Positions 53,721 through 64,000 of a stretch of 64,000 bases of DNA are shown piece by piece (positions within the stretch are counted from its first letter, which is position 1; every line of letters begins with the position of its first letter). The notes under the pieces were generated by a model, which worked only from the letters and a program-made list of their open reading frames with translations, ran no database searches and was not told the origin of the DNA. A program made the position numbers and the translations under genes. Origin of the DNA: Eledone cirrhosa (taxonomy: Eukaryota). Location: NCBI GenBank assembly GCA_964016885.1, contig OZ024755.1, positions 5,704,001 through 5,768,000 of the forward strand. The letters run 5' to 3'.

Positions 53721-54395
53721 TACCGTGTCTCCTACACGGCCACATTACAGTGTGGACTGTTGTGTCATCGACACAGTGGACGGAACGGGAGGAGTGTTGG
53801 GTAGGGTGTGGTGGTGAGGGTCCCATAACTCCTGATAGAGATGTAGGGGCGCCGTATTGACATACGGCGTTTCTTGGACATTTTAAGCCTGGCGGAGCCC
53901 ATCCCTCTCCGGGCCATATATATATGAAAATGATGTCAACACAAACATATGCTACGTAAGGATTCAACCTTCAGCCAGTAGAGGTCACACACTCTGCCTC
54001 TGCTAGTCTACTTATGTTCAGTCTCTACACTACAGAGTTCTTTTCTCCTTGATCTATTCTTCGGAAACTCTTGCCAGCAGCACACACACACATATATAGA
54101 TACATACACACACATATATATACACACACACATATATACATACACACACACACATATATACATACACACACACACACATATATAGATACATACACACACA
54201 CATATATACACACACACACATATATATATATACACACATATATATATATACACACATATATATATATACACACATATATATATATACACACATATATATA
54301 TATATACACACACACATATATATATACACACACACATATATACACACACACACATATATACACACACACACACACACATATATACATACACACAC

Positions 54396-54457
<62 letters not shown>

Positions 54458-54716
54458 TCAGTCATTGTGCTTTAGAAAGAAAAAACACTATATCAGCTCT
54501 CTAGTGAGCGGTGATAATTGAAAAGAACCACTACAAGATTGGCGAAGGAAGTCGACATCCCATCGACTTAGTCATCAGACTCTCTGTTCATGACAAATAC
54601 CAGAAGAACATATAATTCTAAAGCCATTACCATTTTTACAGTAGTAGACATATATTAGTGAACGTAACGGGAGGTCAATTAAATGAGACAGTCGCTTTCG
54701 ACTATGTCGCATGTGG

Positions 54717-54790
<74 letters not shown>

Positions 54791-54924
54791 TGTATATATA
54801 CACACACACACACGTGTGTGAGTCTGTATATATTTGTGTGTGTCTGTGTATAGTAGAGATAAAGGGGAGAGAGAAAGAGAGCGAGAGAAAGAGGAAGAAA
54901 GATAAAGATGGAGAGAGGAGAATG

Positions 54925-55083
<159 letters not shown>

Positions 55084-55170
55084 GAGTTGGAAGGGAATTG
55101 GGTTGTTTTCACTTCATTTAAAGAATTTATATTTAAGCCAGAAAGAAAACCAGTAAAATGTGAAGACAGT

Positions 55171-55510
55171 ATAAAATGTGAACGGTTATGTTTATAATGA
55201 GAAGACAACAAGGCAATAAGTAGAAGTTTTGAAGGCGATATAAAATGTGAACGGTTATGTTTATAATGAGAAGACAACAAGGCAATAAGTGGAAGTTGTG
55301 AAGGCGATATAAAATGTGAACGGTTATGTTTATAATGAGAAGATAACGAGGTAATAAGTGGAAGTTTTGAAGGCGATATAAAATGTGAACGGTTATGTTT
55401 ATAATGAGAAGATAACGAGGTAATAAGTGGAAGTTGTGAAGGCGATATAAAATGTGAACGGTTATGTTTATAATGAGAAGACAACGAAGTAATAAGTGGA
55501 AGTTGTGTAA
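55171..55510. repeat. 69-bp minisatellite, about 5 units
   Basis: ataaaatgtgaacggttatgtttataatgagaaga...gaaggcgat repeated. Confidence 0.9.
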
Positions 55511-55792
55511 CGCCAAGTAATTCTAAATCTTGCTTATTTTTCTGTCGAAAAACACAAGAAACAGGTTGATAAACTAACTATATTCCCCACCTTTTATAAA
55601 TGGACCTCCAGCAGTTTAGGCGATGGTAGGTACCAGTTGCTCACTTAAGAGGACAGCCTGCTGTTCAAGTTTACGTTTATGTCGCTGAGTATTCCATAGA
55701 CACGTGTCTCCTTAAGATAATCCTCAGGCTGGGGATTAAAAGAATTACTCAAGAGTGTGTGTGTAACAAAGCTGGCCTTTTGAATTACTGGT

Positions 55793-55940
55793 ACAATTCG
55801 CTGCCCCACCAGGAATGTAGTGCAGCGCTCTACCAATTAACAATTCGCCACCCCACCAGGAATGTAGTGTGGCGCTCTACCGACTGCCAATTCGCCGCTC
55901 CGCCCGGAATGTACTATGGCGCTCTACCGACTGTCAATTC
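55793..55940. repeat. About 47-bp GC-rich tandem repeat, 3 units
   Basis: caattcgc..c.c..cc.ggaatgta.t...gcgctctacc repeated. Confidence 0.8.
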
Positions 55941-56221
55941 GACGCATAAATAAAGTGAGCTAAGTTACGCCAGTATTCAAAACAGCTACAGTAACTTGGC
56001 AGTAAGACAGTTTATCTTTAAGAGCGGTGTCTCTATTCGATGGCTCAAGTGAAAACAAGATGACACTGGAGAAAAGCAAGATTTTATTGAAAAACTATTA
56101 ACGCTCTTATAATAGAATATTACTTGGATGGTTCTACTAGGAAAACTTCAATGTCCTCATACAATTATATGTTCTTGTTCTTGCTTGATGAGACTGGAGT
56201 CATCTTAGGTTAGTGATCCAG

Positions 56222-56428
56222 AAGGCTTAGTGGTTAGAGCATTGGGCTTGCAATCGGAAGGTTGCGAGCTCAATTCTCGGACCGGGCGATGTGTTGTTTC
56301 CTTGAGCAAGACACTTTATTTCACGTTGCTCCAGTTTACTCAGCTGTAGAAATGAGATGATATGACTGGAGTACCTATCATTAAATTACCCAAGACACCT
56401 CCAACGAGATATACCTCGGAGGAGGCCA
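56222..56428 (+). mobile_element. CORE-type SINE family S2
   Basis: ggcttagtggttagagc head, gttgtttccttgagcaagacactttatttcacgttgctcc body. Confidence 0.85.
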
Positions 56429-57852
56429 GACAACAGACAATGATCCAGAGGCATTGTCATACGGTGAGCCAACCAGCTCTACCATTGCTCTCGGTCTCGT
56501 ATCAGCCCCTTCTGCATCCTCCAACAATTAAACAAGTATATTTTTATTTTTGGTTTCATATTTGTTTCCTTTACCATGTTAGAACACATAACGTGAGATA
56601 ATTCAATACATCGTATTTACTCATGTATTGGAACTGTCAGTTTTGTAGAGTTATTTTCCAGTTGACCTCTATCTAGCATTTAATCAACCTTAGAAGAAAA
56701 CACGACCCGAAAATAAATACTACTTTCGTAAAGTAAAAAACCATTCTGACGGCTATAAATATTACATAAGCACCAATAAGAACATGTATACCACGAAAAT
56801 TGTATTCAGTTTCGCTATTAAGGATTATTTTTCAAGAGAAAAAAAATGGTTGAACGACTTAAAGGAAACTCGTAAATTGTGAAAAGAATATAAAAAGTCA
56901 TTGGCTGCTCATAGAATCGGGATATAATATATAGTATTTGTAAAATGCAATGAAATTGTTAATCTTAAATATAGTTCTGCCGTTAAACTTTAGTGAAAAA
57001 TTGCCACATTTACAATAGTGTTTCTTCATACATATTTACATACATAGTTGCATGCATACTTATATGCATACACATTTGCATGCATACATATGTACATACA
57101 TTTACACATATACACATACATACATACTCATACATACGCACACATGCAGTTACGTGTATACCTACGTACATACATTTACACATATACACATACATACATA
57201 CATACAGAGTTACATGTATACCTACATACACACACACACACACACACACACAGAGTTGCATGTATACCCCCCCCCACACACACACACAGATAGATAGATA
57301 GATACAGCCACAACCAATTTAGAAAGAATAAAGTTAAATTATCATTATTGTTTTCCTACTCTTTGTACACATACCATAATTACAATGTACGTTAGTTTAT
57401 ATCATTTGTTTTTAACATCAAAATGAGTAGTTGTAAAAAGACGGTTGAAATTGCTCAAGAGATTTACGAGAAAAAAGACATACTTTAACTATGGTTAAGA
57501 ATGATTAAAAAACAACAAATATACCTTCCTTCAGATTATATTCAGTTACATACAAAATTGAAATTTTACATTCACCAACTTAGATATAACAATAAATAAA
57601 ACCATGAGAGAACAATATTTAAATGGAAGTTAAATGGTGGTAGATATATTTGATAAAATAGTGAAAATCTGTTCTAAAATTGTGTTTGCATGTTTGTGTG
57701 TGTAGCAGAAGGTCTATCGTACTTTGGCCATGAGGCAATAAGGAATTTATATAATTTATATATGTTAAATATGGTCTAAATGGGCTGAAGCCCTGGATCT
57801 CGATGCAGAGGCGCACATCCTGTTTATATATATATACACACTTAAGGTAAAT

Positions 57853-57919
57853 ATTGATACAAGGGAACGGGCGAAGGATTAAAAAATACCCGCTTTGTCC
57901 GTTCCCTTGTCGATTCAAT
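57853..57919 (+). ncRNA. Pre-miRNA-like hairpin
   Basis: ACAAGGGAACGGGCGAAG pairs with CTTTGTCCGTTCCCTTGT (18 bp, two G-U), about 16-nt loop region, basal ATTGA/TCAAT. Confidence 0.4.
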
Positions 57920-58097
57920 TTGGATTGCCGCGGGAACATAACCTTATTATGAAAGAAGCTGTCTGATGATGTCACAGCACTGGGTACACCGAAGCGTGTG
58001 GCCACTGTCGTCATTGAAATATGTATCACAGCATTATCATTAAAGGACTTTAACATCTGAAATTACTTCTCATTTTCTTATTCTCTCTCTCTCTCTC

Positions 58098-58141
<44 letters not shown>

Positions 58142-58277
58142 GAGTGTGTGTATGCAAAACGTAAACAGAAATAAAAGGAAAGGACACAGTACAACGAAGA
58201 AATATATTAGTTTCAGGCTTGACATAGAAGGAAAATAGAAAATAGTATTAAAAATTAAAGAAACAGAAAGATAGAGA

Positions 58278-58385
<108 letters not shown>

Positions 58386-58505
58386 ACACATTTATATATA
58401 TATATATATATATAAAAGAAATCAGGTTTCTTGTATCCCACATGCGTAAAAATATAGAAAAAAGAAGTAAGGACTCCAATTGCATTTTCAAGTTGTTTTC
58501 CTATA

Positions 58506-58600
58506 TATTGTTTCTACTTTAGGCACAAGGCCAGCAATTACCCAGTGCATTACTGGTACTTTATTTTATCGACCCCGTAAGGATGAAAGGCAAAGTCAAC
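58506..58600 (-). mobile_element. SINE family S1, 5'-truncated
   Basis: ttgtttctactttaggcacaaggcc...ggatgaaaggcaaagtcaacc. Confidence 0.8.
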
Positions 58601-58823
58601 CAATATATAGGAAAACCCCTGTTTTCCTATATATTGCCATGAAACACGGCATGTCTGTCAAAATGTAAAATACTATAGTTGTTAGTTGTTATTAAATACA
58701 TTTCTGTTGCTATGGGTGTCAGTTCTTCATTAGAGGTTGGCATGGAACGATTCGAGAATCCCAGTATTGTTCTGTTAGGCATATATTTATACATTCATGC
58801 CAAAAAAAAAATGTTCTCTAGTT

Positions 58824-59136
58824 CAGGGTTCTCAATTGCTTTAATCCAGCCCTGTTTTAGAAGTTGGCATCAGATCAAAGCTGGAATAGGCTACCCTTCA
58901 TTTATCTTTAATTTTCATAAAGTTTCCGGCAAGCAGGTGCTTGGGTCCTCAAACATTCTCAAAACCAGTTCCCAAATTGGGTTCTACAAAGGAGTGTCTG
59001 GGGTTCAATAAAAAAAAAAAGGGTAGAAGAGTATATTTATATTACGACCATATAACAGTATTAGACTTTGGGGTTCCCCTAAAAGTTTCTAAACCAAAAA
59101 AAGGGTTCTACGTTTCAAAGAGTTTCAGAAACCCTG
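58824..59136. mobile_element. hAT/Charlie-like MITE remnant
   Basis: TIR-like cagggttctcaa / ttcagaaaccctg; flanks ctctagtt / ttctaacg resemble the xTCTARAx target. Confidence 0.5.
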
Positions 59137-59530
59137 TTCTAACGTAAGACGAAGATTTGATCCGACTAGTTTTATTCCACAGATGTGAGAATTCACCAGA
59201 GGGAAAGTGTTTATTAATATGTAAGCCAGTTTGAGAATGAAACAGTTCTGTTGAATAATGATAGAACCATGACAGCCTGATATTAATTGCTATGATACCA
59301 AACAGTGTGGTCTAATTTCACGCCAACCAAACTAAATATATATTCATTAAACACATAGATGGGAATCTGTTTAAATAATTAATGTATGACAATCAATCTT
59401 AAAGACACATATATCGAGACAGGCAAATGGTAATATATAATATACACCTATATAAACCTACTTTATAGGTATCATGTATATATATATATAAAGTCATTTA
59501 AATTAAAGGGGAGAAGAGGTAACACTTTCG

Positions 59531-59642
<112 letters not shown>

Positions 59643-60199
59643 ATAGGTGGGGGTGCATGCATTAAGGTGCTCTAGTGCAGCGACTGCCAAATAGAAGGTA
59701 AAGTACCGACAAAAGAAAATAGTATATCATACGCTGGAGTATATATTCTTGATTGCTTATACACCTTGAGGGAGAATAACAGGTACGGAACGTATAGAAT
59801 TAATTATTCGTGTACATTTATAAAATTGTGATGATTATTTCTGCGATGACATCAGGTGAAGATTGTTTTAATCTTTGACATTGAAAGGTGTTTTATCGCA
59901 AGTTATTACAACACAGTTGAAGATTTGTAAAGTTTGTTTAGTAAGTGATAATGTTACAAGAACTGCTTCATTTTTAATATAAACATCGAGGATGTATCAA
60001 TCGTGAGGTGTTTTTTTTTTTTAGACGTCTAGACAACTAAGCTCTCCGTAATCTCTTGAAGATGCTACTTTCATTGGTAATCATGTAACAGAATAGAAAT
60101 ATATATATACATGGAAACATATACACACGTACACACACACACAAACATAAACACACACACACACAAAAAACAAACACACATACACACACAAAAACATAA

Positions 60200-60232
<33 letters not shown>

Positions 60233-60316
60233 CACACACGTTTTGTTTTTGATTCTCCATATTTTGTATATATATGAAACCGATATACATTTATGAAACA
60301 AACAAGCACACACACA

Positions 60317-60357
<41 letters not shown>

Positions 60358-60374
60358 ATATATATATATACATT

Positions 60375-60420
<46 letters not shown>

Positions 60421-60610
60421 CAAGAACAATCGAAGCTTTGGCTGTGGCCAAGCAAAGTCGACCTACAATAAGGAATGAGTAGCAAAGCACTCAATAAGGG
60501 TAGGAGGTCCTTAGAGTAATAACATTACGTTTAAATAGCTTGACAAATTGAAAATTGCGGTAGGCAAAACCCAACCATCCAATACCAAAACAACGAAAGA
60601 ACTAATCAGG

Positions 60611-60673
<63 letters not shown>

Positions 60674-61550
60674 CATTGATCTACCTGCGACAGTAGTAGG
60701 AAATACTTGCTCAGGTTCCCAGGTGAGATCAGGGTTGGAACCATTGCTCAAAATTCCAGGCAGTGATATCCAAACTGACAATCAGTGATTTTCTTAACCA
60801 TACAACCATAACCCATTCGTCAGCAAAAGTATTGATGTTAAGTCACAAAGACTGGGTAATTTGTAATTTGCTAAGTGGAGTACGTAGTTGACTACGTATT
60901 TTAGAGAATTAGTCAAATATCTATTGAATAGCTGATCAATTGATTCGAAGAAAATTGCCTTAATTTGGGCATGGATTTCCGAATCCCATGATAACTAGCA
61001 ATATATTCGAAGTTAGTGATTTTCCGTACATAATTTACTGTGTCAGCATGTGTTTATGGGAAAACCATGACAAACTAAGCATGGAGAAAAACTCAGGTTT
61101 ATTTAAATTATTCAAAATCGATTTGTATCCAAAGTAGCGTAATTATGCATAACCTTCAGTATTTTATGTAATAAGGTATATCTGAAGAACACTTGGTTTA
61201 GTAAAAAGATTTTTAAAAAAAAATTGTTTAAAAGATACAAAAATACACTGATATATTCCATTTAAAACATGCGCCATCAATAAAGAGAATTCAACTAAGA
61301 ATTATCTCCAAGTCAATATAATGTGACAGAAAAATCTCAATTTCGCAAAACCAGTTTGGAAGATATTACGCATATATCAACAATGGCTTTAGAGGAGAAA
61401 AATTATGCATTATATTATAGTTTCTAAAAGGTTCAAAGTAAGGTATAATTCACCGAATATAATCACACGGAGAACACATCGCAGTAAAAGAAATATGCAT
61501 TATTTGAAAATGTAAGATTTTATTTCTGCGTGTCGTTTCAAACGATTCGC

Positions 61551-63263
61551 TTACTTTACACAACAATTCTGAACAATAGATGCACCGAGGAATCGGCTCA
61601 AGCATCGCCGTATAACCAAATACTTTTTGATTCTGTCATTGTGAATGGCTCCTTGAGTGTCTTGTGTAACCTCAGGTGCATCAATGGCTCCTTGAGTGTC
61701 TTGTGTAACCTCAGGTGCATCAATGGCTCCTTGAGTGTCTTGTGTAACCTCAGGTGCATCAATGGCTCCTAGAGTGTCTTGTGTAACCTCAGGTGCATCA
61801 ATGGCTCCTTGAGTGTCTTGTGTAACCTCAGGTGCATCAATGGCTCTTAGAGTGTCTTGTGTAACCTCAGGTGCATCAATGGCTCCTAGAGTGTCTTGTG
61901 TAACCTCAGGTGCATCAATGGCTCCTAGAGTGTCTTGTGTAACCTCAGGTGCATCAATGGCTCCTAGAGTGTCTTGTGTAACCTCAGGTGCATCAATGGC
62001 TCCTAGAGTGTCTTGTGTAACCTCAGGTGCATCAATGGCTCCTAGAGTGTCTTGTGTAACCTCAGGTGCATCAATGGCTCCTTGAGTGTCTTGTGTAACC
62101 TCAGGTGCATCAATGGCTCCTTGAGTGTCTTGTGTAACCTCAGGTGCATCAATGGCTCCTTGAGTGTCTTGTGTAACCTCAGGTGCATCAATGGCTCCTT
62201 GAGTGTCTTGTGTAACCTCAGCTGCATCAATGGCTCCTTGAGTGTCTTGTGTAACCTCAGCTGCATCAATGGCTCCTTGAGTGTCTTGTGTAACCTCAGC
62301 TGCATCAATGGCTCCTTGAGTGTCTTGTGTAACCTCAGCTGCATCAATGGCTCCTTGAGTGTCTTGTGTAACCTCAGCTGCATCAATGGCTCCTTGAGTG
62401 TCTTGTGTAACCTCAGGTGCATCAATGGCTCCTTGAGTGTCTTGTGTAACCTCAGCTGCATCAATGGCTCCTTGAGTATCTTGTGTAACCTCAGCTGCAT
62501 CAATGGCTCCTTGAGTATCTTGTGTAACCTCAGCTGCATCAATGGCTCCTTGAGTGTCTTGTGTAACCTCAGGTGCATCAATGGCTCCTTGAGTGTCTTG
62601 TGTAACCTCAGGTGCATCAATGGCTCCTTGAGTGTCTTGTGTAACCTCAGGTGCATCAATGGCACCTTGAGGGTCTTGTGTAACCTCAGGTGCATCAATG
62701 GCTCCTTGAGTGTCTTGTGTAACCTCAGGTGCATCAATGGCTCCTTGAGTGTCTTGTGTAACCTCAGCTGCATCAATGGCTCCTTGAGTGTCTTGTGTAA
62801 CCTCAGGTGCATCAATGGCTCCTTGAGTATCTTGTGTAACCTCAGGTGCATCAATGGCTCCTTGAGTGTCTTGTGTAACCTCAGGTGCATCAATGGCTCC
62901 TTGAGTGTCTTGTGTAACCTCAGGTGCATCAATGGCTCCTTGAGTATCTTGTGTAACCTCAGCTGCATCAATGGCTCCTTGAGTGTCTTGTGTAACCTCA
63001 GGTGCATCAATGGCTCCTTGAGTGTCTTGTGTAACCTCAGGTGCATCAATGACTCCTAGAGTGTCTTGTGTAACCTCAGGTGCATCAATGGCTCCTAGAG
63101 TGTCTTGTGTAACCTCAGGTGCATCAATGGCTCCTAGAGTGTCTTGTGTAACCTCAGCTGCATCAATGGCTCCTTGAGTGTCTTGTGTAACCTCAGGTGC
63201 ATCAATGGCTCCTTGAGTGTCTTGTGTAACCTCAGGTGCATCAATGACTTGTGATTGAAACAT
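61551..63263 (-). CDS. Candidate exon/ORF encoding an acidic 13-aa repeat protein (IDAPEVTQDTQGA)n
   Basis: Only supplied frame open across the whole array; ccaccATG context; unique 34-aa segment after the repeats; consensus donor aaa|gtaagc at 61554-61549 overlaps the stop, so it may be a spliced exon. Confidence 0.45.
   Translation of the reverse strand: MFQSQVIDAPEVTQDTQGAIDAPEVTQDTQGAIDAAEVTQDTLGAIDAPEVTQDTLGAIDAPEVTQDTLGVIDAPEVTQDTQGAIDAPEVTQDTQGAIDAAEVTQDTQGAIDAPEVTQDTQGAIDAPEVTQDTQGAIDAPEVTQDTQGAIDAPEVTQDTQGAIDAAEVTQDTQGAIDAPEVTQDTQGAIDAPEVTQDPQGAIDAPEVTQDTQGAIDAPEVTQDTQGAIDAPEVTQDTQGAIDAAEVTQDTQGAIDAAEVTQDTQGAIDAAEVTQDTQGAIDAPEVTQDTQGAIDAAEVTQDTQGAIDAAEVTQDTQGAIDAAEVTQDTQGAIDAAEVTQDTQGAIDAAEVTQDTQGAIDAPEVTQDTQGAIDAPEVTQDTQGAIDAPEVTQDTQGAIDAPEVTQDTLGAIDAPEVTQDTLGAIDAPEVTQDTLGAIDAPEVTQDTLGAIDAPEVTQDTLGAIDAPEVTQDTLRAIDAPEVTQDTQGAIDAPEVTQDTLGAIDAPEVTQDTQGAIDAPEVTQDTQGAIDAPEVTQDTQGAIHNDRIKKYLVIRRCLSRFLGASIVQNCCVK
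61644..63246. repeat. 39-bp tandem array, about 41 units
   Basis: Unit aatggctccttgagtgtcttgtgtaacctcag(g/c)tgcatc. Confidence 0.97.
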
Positions 63264-63289
63264 GGTGGACGGAAACTACAGATTCCCAG

Positions 63290-63645
63290 TGTGTGGGGTG
63301 GTGTGTATGTGTGTGATGTGTGTGGTGTCATGTGTGTGTATGGTGTGTATGTGTGTGGTCTGTGTGTGTGGTGTGTGTGATGTGGTGTATGGTGTGTGGT
63401 GTGTATGTGTGTATGTGTGTGGTGTGTACGTGTGGTGTGTGTGGTGTGTATGGTGTATATGTGTGTGGTCTGTGTGTGGTGTGTGTGATGTGGTGTATGG
63501 TGTGTGTGATGTGGTGTATGGTGTGTATGTGTGTGGTGTGGTGTGTGTGTGATGTGGTGTGTATGTGTGTGGTGTGTATGGTGTGTATGTGTGTGGTGTG
63601 TATGTGTGGTGTGTATGTGTGCGTGTTGTGTATGCGTGTGGTGTG
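63290..63645. repeat. (GT)/(GGTGT) low-complexity tract
   Basis: Directly visible. Confidence 0.9.
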
Positions 63646-64000
63646 TAATATACCGTTTTGACAAGACAGATAGATCGATAAAAAAGTAACACTAAAGAAA
63701 TAAAAGAGTAACTAGAAGGTTCTAATTTACATAAATATACATAAATATTGGTGGTGGGGGGAGGGTGTTAACATTTTAAAACAAGCAATGAAAATAACTT
63801 AAAACATAAATGAAAAGAAATTTCGGAAAAATATAGAAAATGCAGCATGCAAGTAGATCTGGTCTTTAAATCAACTGAAAAAAACAATGCATATAGAGGA
63901 ACGATCGACTTTCGTCAAATCGGACCGAGGAAACAATGTTTCCATTGGTCTTTCCAATTGCTAATACTATCTATTGGTCGCAACTCCAGGTAGAAGGAGC

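Noticed and set aside
60685-60774. Possible minus-strand exon (WISLPGILSNGSNPDLTWEPEQVFPTTVA)
   Set aside because: Weak splice signals, phase incompatible with the 61555 donor and the 58056 acceptor, and no recognisable homology.
62042-63059. Alternative frames of the 39-bp array (PLMHLRLHKTLKE and CINGSLSVLCNLR)
   Set aside because: Interrupted by TAG in the ctag-variant units; shadow frames.

Overview
AT-rich, microsatellite-saturated eukaryotic DNA, essentially intronic/intergenic. The SINE content (tRNA-headed SINEs with a Meta-type 'gcctttcatccttacggggtcgataaaat' body and CORE-type 'tgtgtccttgagcaagacac' body) and the extreme (TA)n/(CA)n/(GA)n load suggest an octopus/cephalopod genome (inference). 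Almost all supplied ORFs are simple-repeat artefacts. Supported content: many SINE copies, RTE-clade LINE 3' fragments, a decayed hAT transposase, several MITEs, minisatellites, a 200-N gap, a few candidate exons and promoter-motif clusters, and a 39-bp tandem array that stays open in one frame (570 aa, IDAPEVTQDTQGA repeats). The most striking signal is a set of short (about 150-250 bp) non-coding elements sitting mostly in (TA)n tracts that carry type I hammerhead ribozyme (HHR) folds. They fall into at least four sequence families, and one family shows a compensatory stem I change. Several copies are fold-back or inverted structures, and one palindrome encodes a complete HHR on each strand. 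They look like a Penelope-like/retrozyme-type non-autonomous system targeting TA microsatellites. All structures were paired by eye; no search or folding program was run.
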